Origin: Tubiluchus corallicola
Lineage: Eukaryota; Animalia; Priapulida
Length of the DNA: 64,000 bases
Assembly: GCA_030141605.1 (NCBI GenBank)
Contig: JAQGDQ010000018.1
Span: 1,178,001-1,242,000, forward strand
Reading direction: 5' to 3'
Made by a program: the position numbers and the translations under genes
Notes under the pieces: generated by a model
Seen by the model: the letters and a program-made list of their open reading frames with translations, nothing else
Database searches by the model: none
What the model was told of the DNA's origin: nothing
Shown: positions 15,101 through 30,100 of the stretch, piece after piece
Numbering within the stretch: the first letter of the stretch is position 1
Layout: each line of letters opens with the position of its first letter

Positions 15101-18100
15101 GCATTGTATTATAGATAGGTAAGGAAAATACCTTTTCCATAGTTATGACTTTATTTTGCTTTTCAATTTCCTTCCCTTTGGAAACAGCCAGTTGTTTCTT
15201 CTCGGTTGCTTGAGCTGTACCCTTTGATATCTCTTCTAAAAGCTGTTCACATTTGACCGTTTTTTCTTCTACAGCTACTTTCTGTATAGCTAGTTTGTCA
15301 TTCAGCTCTTTTAGCTGTTCACTAGCTTCTGCGATCTTTGTCATTCCACTAGCTAAGCGCTGACACTATAATACAAAACATATTAAACGTATTATGACAG
15401 AAACACTGCTAACCAATTATGAGCATTTCTAAGTACTAAGTTATCATAATTTAATGACGCTAAGTTGATTGTTTGAACTGAATTCTCTCATTATGTAAGA
15501 GAACTACAGAAATGCAACTTTGAAATACAAAACCTAAATGCTTTTGTACTTCGTCTTTGTGGCTACATGAAATGTTGAAATTTAATGCAAAAGACGTTCT
15601 ATCTTACTTGGCTGAGAATGTAAGCATCTTTTTCCTCTAGCAAGCGTAAGTAGCTTTTAATGAAATCCAAGTAATTCTTTGGTGTAACGTAATTATTACG
15701 TCGAAGTTTCTGTAGAAACTTTGTACTGTACATTCCAACACTTTGGTGTACATGAACCACGTGCGTTACAACTTCTTCGCGATTTCCAGGTGGTATGTTG
15801 TCGTTCTACAAAATATAGATGAACTATACCACCACAACAATTTAATGTTATACAGTCACTTGTGTTGTAATATGTCTGAGAAAAAGAAAAAAATTAATAA
15901 GCCTAAACAATTAAGCAAATTAATAAAATTCAAAAATGCAAATCAAGAAACAAACACATACCTCAGTTAAGAATACACTGGCCACAGAATAAAGTGCCTG
16001 TTCTGGCCAAGGCATGAACCAATCAATGTTTGCATTATTTACAAGCCCTGGAAAATTTCTACATCTTGTACGTAACGTGTCTCCTACAGGCGACATAGCA
16101 AGTACAATGTGCAGATTGTTAGTGCACTTTTTAACAAAATACTGCCAAATGCTTTCCCTTGAAGGCCCGTAGTTTGCTTTCATTGCTTCAGTTCTCACCT
16201 TAAACAAATCAAAACAGAGTGTGCAGTTTTATGACTGCGAAAGTAATAAGTACTAAGAAACTAACTATGCTACATTACTTATTCACCCAAATGTTTATGA
16301 TGAACAGATTGACCAACAAAAATAAGACAGTTACCTACAGTAAACAAAAACTATAAAATAACCAAGCAATAATATTTATTAATTATTACCTGGCCAACAA
16401 TATTTTCCTTTTCATCATCCGCAAAGAGTGCTGGTACCATACCAGATGTTAACATATTGTTAATCAATTCCAAGAATCCTGAAATGAATAAATTAATTTT
16501 ATTAAAGTAAAAAATTTATTTATTCAATCGCACAAAAAATTATGAGATTAATATAATGCATATGGAGAAGTGTGCATGTCACAAACTTACACAAATCATA
16601 GTTCCCAGCCTACTATAACACTCTTTATCTTTAATCTGGAGATGTCAATTGGTGCTTTTAATACATTCTGGGGGTTGAATGTTCATTGGTGCACTTTAGT
16701 TTGTTGTGCTAACAAAGAATGGATTTTCTTTGCCTGACTTTTGTCTTTATCTGTCCAATCACCATTTAATTATTTTAGTAAATTATAAGTGGTTCTTAAA
16801 CTGTGATTTCTTAAATCAAGAAGTTCTGGAGTAGGCATAAATGACATATCCTAACCACTTTGCTATTTTTTATAATACTCTGTTTCGATAATAAGTATTA
16901 AAGAATTATAATCAGTGCAAATGTACATAAATATATAAGTTAAATAGGAACGTTTTTATTTATTTAACTTATAAAACTAAAACAGAATGTAGGTGTTAAT
17001 TTGTTGCTGTTTAGAACATTACATCATATTTAATTCGTGTTGTACAGAAGAAATTGGAAATCATGTATTTTTTTATTGTTTAATGCTTATGGGTTTATTT
17101 AGTGATTATAGCATAGACACATCTTGAGCTGTAGTTATTAGTAGAAATTGAACTTCGTGCTATTAAACCACTGAAACAATTTGGTAACAAAAATGCCTTT
17201 ATGCACTTATTTTTGCATTACTAATAACAACAGTAACCTTCTTCAGAAACATGCGCGTCTGTGAAGAGGAAAACGGTCTTTTTATTTTCTAAGCCAAGTC
17301 TGTTGTACAGAACTTTAAGATCATCGCGTAGGTTATTTTCATTATAACCTCTGCTGAGTACAATCTCAAACATCTGAAATAACAAACAGTGAACGAAATT
17401 TCAACTACAAAAATAATCACGGAAATAAAAAATAAGTAATTTTTTAAATAAATGGGTTGAACAGCCAATTAAAGGAATATACAAACTGCACGTCAGATGC
17501 ACAAACAAATGACCAATTGAATCTGCAAATGAATTAGTGAATGAATAAAATAAATGAAGGAAATTCTACAGACCACTTTTTGAAAATTACGTCCAATCAC
17601 TGGTCTCGAGTAATAAGCCATTTTGTGCATTTTATAATTACAGGTTATGTTAGGTATAATGCCTGTTAATTAACTTAATATATTAAACAGTTACCTCACA
17701 CTGAGCAGCAAAAGCAGCTAATTTACATAAACTTTGTTTTCCACTGCCACCCACACCTACAAGTAAAGCGTGACCTTGATCCATGCGAATGACTCTGTGA
17801 ATCCTAGTTAAATGATCCAGTGCATCATCAAATAGTACAAGATTCATTGGAGTGTAGTGTTCATTGTACTCCTCTAAAATCTAACAAATGTGAGACACTT
17901 TCATTAAAAAGCTACAAAAAGACTGCTAGATTGTCTTTTCGAACTTGTTTAAAGTGATATAAACAAAATGTTTATAACAAGACAAGCCTTTTGCTAAGAT
18001 TCTCAGATCTCAAATTACACTTCAGTCATGAAGCACATGTTAATAAATGATCTTTAAGCATGTCTATTTTGTCATTTATTGTAGTCAAGTATTCTCATGT

Positions 18101-21100
18101 GACATTTTGGTTAGCAGACTACACAAATACAAACTCTTTTGTTTTGTTTCTACTGAAGTTCTTATTAGACTATCTGCCACGAGTATGTCTTAGTAGACTT
18201 ATTATCTGTGTTACCATTTAAATACTGCATAATAGTAATAAAGAAATTGCTAGCCTGTTAGCCACAATGAATAATTCAAAAGTGTGTCTCGAAAAGTAGA
18301 TAATGCTTAAGAACATGGCACTCACTGTTTGTTTAACAGCAGATCATGCAATTTGTATTACAGTGCAGTACCCATTGTTTGCATGACTGTATGAGCAGAG
18401 CTAGCACTTTCTCTGTTGAGCAAGCACAGTATTTAAACCTATGGATAAACGTTAGCATGACAAACTTTGAAGAACATGAGCCCGGTATAATAATTCTAAG
18501 TACAGATGAATTTCATACTTCAGCAAACAATCCTTTTGCTGCATCATAATCTTGCACATCCTCATAGATTCTTTGTTCACCTTCAGACATAGCCGATCGA
18601 AAGTCACCAAAAAGAATTGGATCTCGAATTACGTGCTCCACCTCGTCCGGATGATTTTCCTCAACCAATGTCTTAACCAATCCCTTAAATTTTCATTAAA
18701 AATACAGTCATCATGCATGTTGTCATTCCAAAGATGGAAGTCATGCACTATGCACTGGTTGCACACTCAATCACATCTAACGACTTTTATTTGTATTAAT
18801 AAAATATACGTACCATTACATAGTCTTTATCCTGTTCATTAATTAACCGGTCATGAAATACCCGCAGGCACTCATTCCTCCATCCCCTCACAAACTCTTT
18901 TACAGTGTTAAATCTACAAACAAAAAAATAGATTTAGCAAATTTCCGAAAAGCTGTTTTATCTAATAGATCAATCATTTTTATAAAGTAATGCTAGAAGG
19001 AACTCAGTAGAATGAACAGTTTGGCTTCAATTTGAAATTTGTTACTTATTCTACATAACATTATCAATTACAAATCAGATGTAATTTCCAGATCAACTGA
19101 AATACCTAAAGAGCTACAGACAAAATTCAAGTTTATCTGTGTATTGCAAGTTGTGAGCTAATTTATGGAAACTATGAAAACAACTTTACATTTAATGCAA
19201 AAGTTACACAAACTGAGATGGCTCTTATTGTGTTTTTCATGGAAAGAAAAATTTAAAAAAGTGCAAAGTGTATAATAATGTGTTAAATACCCAATACCTA
19301 CCTGTCTGGTGTAGTAAGACACAAGCCATTTACAATTCTTGACAAATCTCTCAAATTGAAAATGTAGTGAAACTTAGATGGTGTAGGTGGCAACGTTTGA
19401 ATTACTTTTTGATAGAGTGAAAGTGTCATCTTAGTTATGCTGGGCACACAGCCCTTTATCTCCTCCAAAAATGGTTCAGTGTGTCCTCTCAAAATGGAGA
19501 AATAAATGTGATATAGTGTCTCATCAGATGGAAACGTAATGTTAAATACTGAAAAAAGTGAAATAAATCTTGGATCAACTTCATTTCGACCACCTCCAGC
19601 TTTACCCATAGCAGCAAGAAAACCGATGTCTTTTATATACTTCCAGTTCAGGTCCTTTCCTCTGTCATACATGCCACCTCTTTCTAAAAGCAATTTGAGA
19701 AGTGCAATTGGCTGTTGAGTGCCATACTCATCTACCTGGGGCATGTTCATGTCATCAATAAATACCAACAAGCGCTTTCCAGGAGGTGGACCATAAGTGT
19801 CTTTTGTTCTCTTTTCCACGTTTGCCTCCAGGTTGCGTTGCACATCGATGGATGATGTACGTGATGAGAAGTTAACATTTAACAGTAAAGTAAGATCGGT
19901 GTCCAACTGCCGAAGAAAGTTTTGAGTTGTTGCCGTTTTTGATGTTCCAGTTTCGCCAACTAGTACAACAGGTTGTTTCATGCTTACCATTCTTTCTAGC
20001 AACCAAGTGCTTCTGACAGTGTCCATTGTTGGCACAAGAATCTCATTAAATTGAACTTGGGAATCATGTTCATAAACTGGCACTTTTTTAATCCATGGAA
20101 CCCATCTGAAACTTTCAATATCAAAATAGTAATCAAAAAGCGTCGGCTGTGCCATTGGCATGTGACCTGGTTTTGCTTGATCATCTTTTTCAACGGTAGG
20201 CATGCTCGCACATCTCTTCACGTGATCATCAAATTTTAGACGGCCATCTTCTAATAACCCAGCACCGAGTGACCAGTACAATGACTGCAGAAACAAGCAC
20301 TCCAAAATATCTGGGTTCATGACTTCCTCAACGATCAATGACGTTAACATGTTGCATAGTTGACTGACCTTCAAAAATGTAAAAATCAATGAATGTATTG
20401 GAAATTACCTTGCAACAAAAACAGCTGTTCAACATTTTGGAGGTTTTTTTATTTTGTCAGTTAACGCTGTTGGTTATCAGCTAGTTGAAAAGCACAAAAC
20501 AAAAGATATATATATAGATATTTAAAACATACCATATTTAGATTCGTGAGTGGCACAATAGTTTTCAATTTGCTTGCTTGCACTCCATCAACTATTCCTT
20601 CCAATATCATGTCAAGACATGAAGGTACATATCTGTCAAATAACTTCTGAAGTTCCTCTTTCTCAGTTTTAATTGTTCTGAAATGCATGTTTATACATCT
20701 ATTTATAGACAAATGTTCCACATAAAATGATTTTGAGTTCAAAGTGCAAGAAATTGAAAAGTTCCAGTTTAAATTCCTTTCTTGTCCATAAGTTTTTCTA
20801 TGCAAACAATAATTTTCAATATTTCAGTAACACAAGAACAGCAGAAAAAGTCTTTCACAAGCAGGAAAAACGCAAGTAGTTTAGTTACACAGTCTCTTAA
20901 TATGTCTTTGGAAGTTCAGGCCAAGATAACTTGCTGTAGACACAAACGAGTCTGAATATGCTCACACTTTCACATTTGCATAGATCACTTTTCGAAAGAC
21001 ATAGTCCGTCATTCACTGGTGAGGTGGCCTTTTTGTCACAATGTAGTATTGTACTGGTTCTCAGAACATTAGAAAAATCAGATAATTATCATGGGGCAAA

Positions 21101-24100
21101 TAAAAGTAAGAATTCCTTAGATTTCAAGTGACAGGATGTTTACTGTGAATTAAACAACAAAACTGTAAAAATGGATTAGATTTTATTTTAACCAGTAAAA
21201 AAGTGCGTGCCTTGCATTACACCATTTTTCCCAGAAAGGCTTATAGCCAAGATTTTTTGGGTCAACGTAGACCATTCCACATCGAGAAACTGTAGCTGGA
21301 GAAGCATACTGGAGATCAGCAACCTAAAAGCACAACAAATTAAATAACTGTGGTGGTGGTTAACAATCACGATTTACTAATGATGATGTATACAATAGTT
21401 TATGCAGACGTCACATAATCCATTCATCTATATGCTCTTGACTTGAAAACCTAACTGTACCTGCTATAATTGAGACACACATATGCATTTACTACAGATT
21501 ACATATATAAAGTAATGCTGCCCAAGCATTATATGTGTGCTAACATTCATTATGTTGCCAACATGTTTGCATGAGCCACTGCTAATAGTTATCCTTTTGC
21601 ACTATTTCCTATTATAGATCACTATTTTTGTTCAAGTGAGCATTTTCCCATTTATATAATAAAGCTTAAAGGGCGATGCCACATGCACTCTATCCTGTGC
21701 TATTTTCTCCTCAATGACTATTAACTTACACACTTCCAATCCATGACTTCCTTGACTTTCTGGCCTCCTCCAGGGTGCTGCCCTCCTCCTCGCCACATGA
21801 TCATATCATCTAATATCAACCTTCTGTGCTACAGTTTATCATCAATCTCCCCCTCCGCACACATGCAAGCACGCACCCCCCCCCACACACACACATACAC
21901 ACGCACATCAACTTCCCACCTCTTGAAAGCGAATCCTGTCATTGTCGCACACGTGCCCAACATCCTGCATCATAGACACAATCTTCACTAACCTACCATG
22001 GCATACAGAATAACATTTTTGCCACATTTCTTTAAATAGCCACCAAAAAACTAAATTCGGGTTCATGTATAACTAGCATTTAGCAAAACGTTTGGAGCAT
22101 TTTTGTTCCTTTAATACTCTTATACTGAATAAGATCAATGCAATATTTGCAAAATCAAGTGGTACTGAGTATACCCTTTTTCAAAGAACAGAAAAGTTTA
22201 TGCTGACTTTTTCACATCTGCTTTTAAAAAATTACATTTAGTTACTTCAAAAAGAAGAGCACAGTGCTTTTGTAGACGTATACGTTCCCCATTTGCTAGA
22301 GTAAGCAGCCTATTATCGTCCATAACAGAGTTCATGTTTTCCACCCACAAAGCATCCACGTCACCATCAAACACAATGTATTTTCGCTCGTTTTTATCTG
22401 TTGGTCGATTGATATCTCGAAAAATGTTCGAAAGTAAACCATCTGTCCAGTCACGAGTGTTAGGATCTAGGATGCCATATAGTTCAATCACGCTTAAAGC
22501 CTTTGGATTTAGCACAAATAATTTGGTCAAAAGTCCCAACCTGCAAAAAATTACAACCTAAAGAATCATATTCATATATAAACAATTTATAGAATTGTAC
22601 AATATTAGACATAATGCAGGATTACCATAGTACAATTATCACCAATTTAATGCAAATGCAATTATCACTGTCACATGTCCAATGGCTAACAATGTAGGTA
22701 AGATATGCAAAGTAGAGATTTTACTTTGGCAACACTAAGGGTTAAAATAGCACTACGGCCAGAAGAGTTGACAATGAGTTACTGATGTCTCGTGTAAATT
22801 TTGTTCTAAAAATGATACTATGTCCTGTCATGAATGCATTTTGCAACAGAATTCGGGGATCGAACCAGGGTCGATCAGAGCTATCATCAGGGACAAAATG
22901 TTACTTACTAAAGAGAGTACATTGCTGATGAGTCAATCATTTCCTACATAACATTGCACCCATAAATGTACACCTTCTAGAAGTGGCTAAGCATCACTCG
23001 AGTACATAATGGGCAAAATTTCTTTGCTGAATCATACTGATAATACACAGATCGGCAGCATGTGCTAACCCCCATCTATGCTGTCCAGTCTCACACACTC
23101 TTGCTTACTGACAGTGCTTACAATACAAAATCTATGGACAAACTAGAAAAAAACATGAAGAATGCACATACACATTTGGTAGCATAAATTAGAGGCACTA
23201 TTCCAGAAAATGTAAAACTGTTATGTACTTACTAGTGGACTACAAGAAATTGTCAAGCAAACTGATGCAAAAAAGAATCAATTATTAGACCATAGAACAG
23301 CATAAAAACTTAAATAAAAAAATAGCAAACTAATTACCTTGGGACAGACAGGGTTTTTCTTAATTTGAAAGGATGCAGTTCATGTTGTCTCCCAAGATAG
23401 GAGAGATTTCATCCAGCAGCACATTTGTTTAAGTTTTTTGGTTTAAAGAAACTTACAAGTCTCACTCATTCTGATCTTTCCTGGCACTATACGTCTGCAT
23501 TACCATTACCGACACACAGTGCCTCACTAATATAATGTATCTGTTTTAACTCTCAACAAATTTTAGTTCCTAAAATCTTGTGTGGCTCGAAAAAATAATA
23601 ATAGTATAGTTATTACACACTTGGCATTAACTCTCACAGTATATATATATATTTTAAAACATTCTTCACATCTGTTTGTGAGTAGCTTTAGTTATACTGC
23701 AGCAGCCAATCAGCTGAGGAGAGCTGATTGGCCACCGCAAGGTGGATACCCGCTGGCTGACATACGTTTGACGATTTTTGTATCAGTTTAAAAAAAGCAA
23801 TTTCTAAATTGGTTTAAGAAATAAATGCCATCAAGATGATGTGCCACAATTAGACTGACCTTGTCTGTGCCTGAGCTAGAGTGTTAATAACAACAGATTT
23901 TCCTCCACCAGTTGGTCCAACAACCATAGTAGTGTGCCTTGTCAACATCGTTTCATACATCTGAACCACTTTGTCCACCTGCATCACAATGTAGTTATTG
24001 ATATTCACTATTCATCTGTGAGAAACCAACACTACTTGCCAAACATTTACTATCAACACTCAACATAGCACAAACAGGATAACTTCTTGTTTTCTACTAA

Positions 24101-27100
24101 CAGCATTAAAAAAATTCACTCTTAAACAATAACATGACTTCTATTGGTAAAACACGTAACACATAGTATAAAAATCCACCTGAACTGGCAAGACAACATA
24201 TTTGTTTTCTTGGAGCACATCTTCTACTGCATCATTAAAGTTTGGATATCTCACTCGTGGGCAGTCTAGGCCGGGAAAGAGGTCAGCTATTAAGCCAATG
24301 AATAGTGGCACGTCTTCGAACACAAATTTTGGCAAATTCATATCTCGTAATGCTCGCATTAGCACTACATCCTGTAAAAATATAGAGAATGTAAAATACA
24401 CAGATACAGTTTGCAATATATCGATACACTGCAAGCCAGAATTTATCAATCAGTGACACAGCCTACATAATGTTGTTGTATGAGGCGAAAACAATATTTT
24501 GAGGTTATCTCTTTAGTGTGAATAGTTGAACTGGAGAAAGATCTCAGCAATGTGTACAACTTCCTTCAATGTTATAAACAGCTAGAATTAGTATGGCAGA
24601 TGAAACCAAACATAGCGAGTATGGAACCAAAGCCAGGCAAACATGAACCATTCAATGGCAACCTTGGTGTTGCCTATCTTCAATTGCTAAGCACAGACAG
24701 GTGATCATGTGGTGCATTCGTACCACTCAGCTACTCATTACTATAAAAGCAGATATTACATACACAAGATGTTTTTACTACTACAAAATAAATAGTGGTG
24801 TGCAAGACTAAAGATTTCAGTTTGAGGTGAGATCAAGATAAGATTTTCAAAGTTTAAGACACGAGAACGAGACTAATAAAAGACCATTTTTTACTCAGCA
24901 GCTGCTTTTTCTTCAAGCTGATATTCTGCATACAGCTTCATATTGCTGGGTAAGATGTGGGTACAGCCTTTAAAATAGCAAGTTTTGCAATTTATTGTGC
25001 TACAACATTTCTTGCACTTGCTAGTTGTTTTATTTTCTGCCATCTATATTTTCCACGTTGACGTTTCTCGTGAAATAAATCCTGCAGTAAATTCTGTAGA
25101 TTTTCTGCAAATAAGCATCTGTCGTCAAGCCTGTCATTGGCCCCATTATTATAAGTTTCCATAGGTCTTGCACACCACCAAGAAGAAATAATATTTAAAA
25201 AACATTGCAGTCTTCTAATATGATAGCAGGATTTATTAGTAGATGTAAAGAGTTGACAACCTCAGACAAATCAGGAGATCCACGTTTCAATTCTCCTGCC
25301 ATCACCAACACTGATTTCAATGCTCGAAGCCCAAAATCATAATGATGTTGTTTAGACAGTTGCTCTTTTGCTAGCTTGTACAGCACTGTCATCTTCTTTG
25401 CTAACACCTAAGAAAATAACATTTTTAAAAAGCTTTAAATTGTTATTTGAGAGGGTATGTATATAGCTTACTAACCAAATACATAACACATACAGCAAAG
25501 AAATAGCATTAATTAAATATAACATTAAGATAACTCTATTAGCTAAGAAAGGTCTTACCTTGGCCAACAAGAAACCTTCTGAAAACAACATAATCTCACA
25601 AATCTGTTGCATATCTGGAACAATGCAAACAACAGGACGGAATAAAGCTTTCACACTTTCAGGAAGTTCTGTTCGCCCTGCGTATCCTGGGTTCATCGTA
25701 ATGAAAATGCCCATTTTTGCATCCAAGGCAATCTCGTGTCCCTCAAACTGCAAGACACATAAATAAAAATAAAATAAAAAACGCTTAAAAATTTTGAAAT
25801 AATTTTCATAATAAATTTTAAGCACATATGTTATTTGCACAATTTGAGAAGCTATAACAAACCTGAAATCGCTTTAGTTTCATAATAAGAGCATTCTGAA
25901 TAGTTTTCAGTTGAGATGAAATAACAGACAGCACTGATACATCAATACGATTGAACTCGTCAAAGCAACCCCAAGCTCCGCACTGGGCTAATCCAGAAAA
26001 TATTTTTCCAACAGCCTAGGTAAAATAACGAAGTTACACACAGAAAGTCTTTAGAAAGAGATTTTTCTTGACAAAAAAAGAGTTATATCAATACATATAT
26101 TGGAAAGCAAATCATAATAAAAAACAGAAAATAAAAACGACTGCAGCCAAATAAGAAATGAGATGTAAGTTACTGCTGTATGACAATTATTATTATAATT
26201 TTTTAACATTGTAATATTAAATACAGTAATGTCGGTAAGTTGCATATCCCTGTCAAACCTTTCACTATAATTTACTTTAATTATTGTTAAAACCAGCTAC
26301 ATATAATTAGCTTTCGAAGTGTAACATAACAAACTTTTCAATGCTTGCAAGTGCGAATGTGTATAGTGAAACTGTAAATTCATAATTTTGTACCTTGTAG
26401 TCCATCCCTTCACCACAATTAGTTACAACACAAAGCAAACCTAAAGCTTTAGCTAAATCTTTTACAGTTTCTGTCTTCCCGGTTCCAGCTGGACCTGCTG
26501 GCGCACCACCCAAATTCATTGATAAAGCCTGTAACAAAAAATGACTGATTACTACCAGACTTTAACGTGTTCAGCAAAGTTATAAAGTTAAAACTAGAAT
26601 GGAAGCATTAACATGCTTGAATACATCACATCCTACTTGCTTATTTAATCATTTTGATAAGAAAATCATGCTAAGCATTTATCATTGTCTTAAATCAGTT
26701 TTTACCATAAAAATTTAGAATGTGCATTGTTTAGGGGGCAGCCATTAGAATGAAAGAAACCACAAAAATGTAACAGTCGGGTAAATCCATTTAACAGGTA
26801 TGATCAGCTTAACAGGCATATTAGGAAAATGAAAAATCGTGCTCCGCTGTGGTCTGCCCAACAGTACGTAGTATCTTCATGCAAGATTTCAGCCTCTTAC
26901 AATAAAGCAATAGCTTTCAAAGATAAATGTGACAACAACAGCAATAGCAACAACTTGACCAAGCTTTAGGGATCCGGAACTTCAAAAATAAGAGGACAGT
27001 GTAATCCTAAAAACAATATCAAGAAATATATAGAAACTATTCTGGTATTGGTATAAACAATGCCACATATCTTATTCACAAATTATTGATGAATTGAATG

Positions 27101-30100
27101 ATTCATTTGTCAATTAAACGAATGACCAATTAACTGGTTAATTGACAAAGTTTACCATTCCACTCAGTGGTTAATGGATGAATGACAGATGGGAGCAAGT
27201 TGGACATTACCTGTGTGATGGTTAAATAAATCCGATCTGTAAGTGGAGTGATGACAAGTCGACCATTCAGCCCCATATATTCGTACCCATATTGAAAAGA
27301 TCCTGTACATTGCTTCACTACAAGGTTATCAACCTCTTTGTCCCAGTAAAATCTCAGTTGACTTTCCCATTCAAATTCTTGTGCATCTATAATGCTAAAT
27401 AAGTCAAAAATATCAATAAACAAACTTCAGTATATCTTGTCTTCAATATATTTTGACAATGAAGCACATACTGCAGCATCATGTATAGATAATACACTGT
27501 AAAACATAAAATTAGATAAATAAGTGTAAAGTTATATTGAAGTAATGAAAGTTAATTTTACTGAAACAAAATTACTGGGAAAAACCTCACTTATATAATT
27601 ATACCAAACAGCCTATAATAAAATTAATAAAAAGTATGACTTCGAAATTTTGCAATTAAACATAATAGGCTTAAAATTTTTATCATGGTGTCAAGTAAAA
27701 CTTGATACATACTTGTCTCTCACAAAGCAGTCGATGATATCTCTGGCATGAACGTCAATTATCAAAACAGTGTTAAATTTCTTCCGTGTATTACTGTCCA
27801 TCGGAGACCTAACCTATGTTACATATACTATAATTAGAAAAAGTTTATAAAATTGTACAACATATAACTAGGAAAACACCAAATGTATCCTTGTTTGTAC
27901 ACTTCATTTTGGCTGATTACTTCTAGAAGTAGTTTACATCAAAATACGTTAATATTATATAGCAAAAAGAACATACTTTTTTTACAAGGTCATCAATCTG
28001 TGCATGGAGTTTCTTCGTGTAGTTCTTCATTGCCATCTTATCTCCAGATTTAATCTTGCTGAATACATGTTCTACTTCCCAGGTCCACCATACTTGGTTG
28101 CCAGCTAGACAGACCATGCCTTGATATTGTAAAATCCAACCCACTCTATAATATATTTTAACACACTTTATCACACTGTTTTTTCATTTAATTTAAAACC
28201 CTACTGTACAAGATAGAAAGTATCTTCCTTCGCTGCAAGAGATTTGCTTTCTCATTGGACAACTTTTCTCTACAGTAAGATGTTTGCTTGTTACTTTCAA
28301 CTTTTGCATTATGTGGCAATGCTTTTATGCAAAGCTGGTTTTGCTGTTCTGTTTCTTGATTTCACATTTAATTATCCTTGTTCTTGCTTTGTTCAATAGC
28401 GATGCACTTTGCTCCTAAAATAATTATTATGGGGACAATGTGTAATTTGACTGCAGCAGAGTAGGCCATTATACATTAATTATACCATAGCCATATAAAA
28501 CCATTTATCCATTACCAACAAAGATAAAAATGTCTGCCTGTTTAAGTAAACTAACTGAGTGCTGCTGAAAAGAACAAAACTAACCACTGCCTAGACTGGT
28601 TATTGTAGAATAGAATATGGCTTGTTTGGCAATTGTATTTCTATTGTTTAGACTGTGCCGGTTCAGACCCGAATATGTCACCATTTTATACCAATATTCT
28701 GTACTCTGTCGCTACACAGGAAGTGTGCTTAGTTACAGTCACAGGTTCTCGTTTGGGAAAATTTATTAAATATATAATGCGCTACTCTATACAACAGTGA
28801 CAATATTAACTTTAATCTGCAAAAAATAATGAATAATCTTATCCAAAAGAATTTCTATCTCTATAGAAATTTAAATGAAATCCACAAATAATAAGAACAT
28901 CACATTACACAGTTTATCAACAGTTCACCTGGTAATGTTATCACAGTAGTAGAAAATAGCCTCCTTGGTAATTAAACGATTAGTATGCCACATTTCACGT
29001 AATACATTGGTCATCCACTCTTCTACTCGACCTTCAGCAGGTATGAATCTGCGGAAAACCATCTCTTCACCCTCACTAGATATCATGGTGGTCACACTCA
29101 GTTCTTGACCTGGCTCATGAAATGGGTTCTCAAATTTCAAACTGGCTATGTTATCATACATCTGAGAATCAACACAAAAGGTTTAAATTTTATTAGCAAA
29201 CACAGACATATAATAAATATAAAACACTTTTGAATATTTTTTAGATATAAACAAAAATACCAGATTTATAAAAAAAAAGAAAAACGTGTTTGAAAAGTAC
29301 ATATACTGCAATCACACTCATACATGTTGTACATAAAGTGAAACTATCGAATACTTTGACAGCAAAATACTATTTACAAAAAATAGTGACCTAACACCTT
29401 GAAACATATGAAATAGTTTAAACTATTTCAAAAAATAGTAAAATACGACTGATAGATATATCTGGGCACTTCTAAAATATCTCAAATTTTCCAAAGAACA
29501 TGACATACCTTTATCATGTGTTCTTGAACACACTGAGGATCGCTGCTTCCCAGAATAGACAATAACTCATCATCAGAAATGAAGAAAAACCTAGCAATAA
29601 CGTACACAACTTATTTTCCACTTTCATTTTATAACTGTATGAACACATTAATTAGTGCAAAGTCGTCTATTTGGGATCATTAATACACTTACAGCTTTTA
29701 TACATGAACTTTTTGTCAACTTTAAAACATTAAAATGCAGAGTTACACATGATGAGAAATCTGGAAGTTTACCTTGGAAATGCATTCCTTTTAGAGTCTA
29801 GGTAGTCATTCAGACTTTTTTGGCATTTTTCTAGGTCAGCACTGAGATTTTCTAGTTCTTGCAGTCTGTTAGGTACATGGCAAGCAGTCTTTATGTTTGG
29901 AGTCTTTGCTGTTTCAAGCATTATCTACAAATTAAAAAAACGTCATTCAAAAGGTTTCAAAAATTAGTAAAAACATACAACAACAAAACTAATATTTCAT
30001 TACACAAATACAGCTATTTTACAGTAAGTGAAACTGTAACTAACCTGTTTAAAGTTCTTGTCGGTAATGTCAAATTTTTTGGCTTCTTCTGGAAGCTGTG

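Noticed and set aside
21720-21990. C-rich ORF 21743-21991
   Set aside because: Low-complexity sequence with a (CA)n tract and no homology signal.
22850-22880. tRNA gene (GGTTCGATCCCC on the minus strand); similar at about 51430-51445
   Set aside because: Only a B-box-like motif is present and no cloverleaf forms; at most a SINE remnant.
23714-23760. Hammerhead ribozyme (CUGAGGA fits CUGANGA); also CTGATGAGTC at about 22925 and 31942
   Set aside because: No correctly placed GAAA or stem II/III pairing follows any of these.
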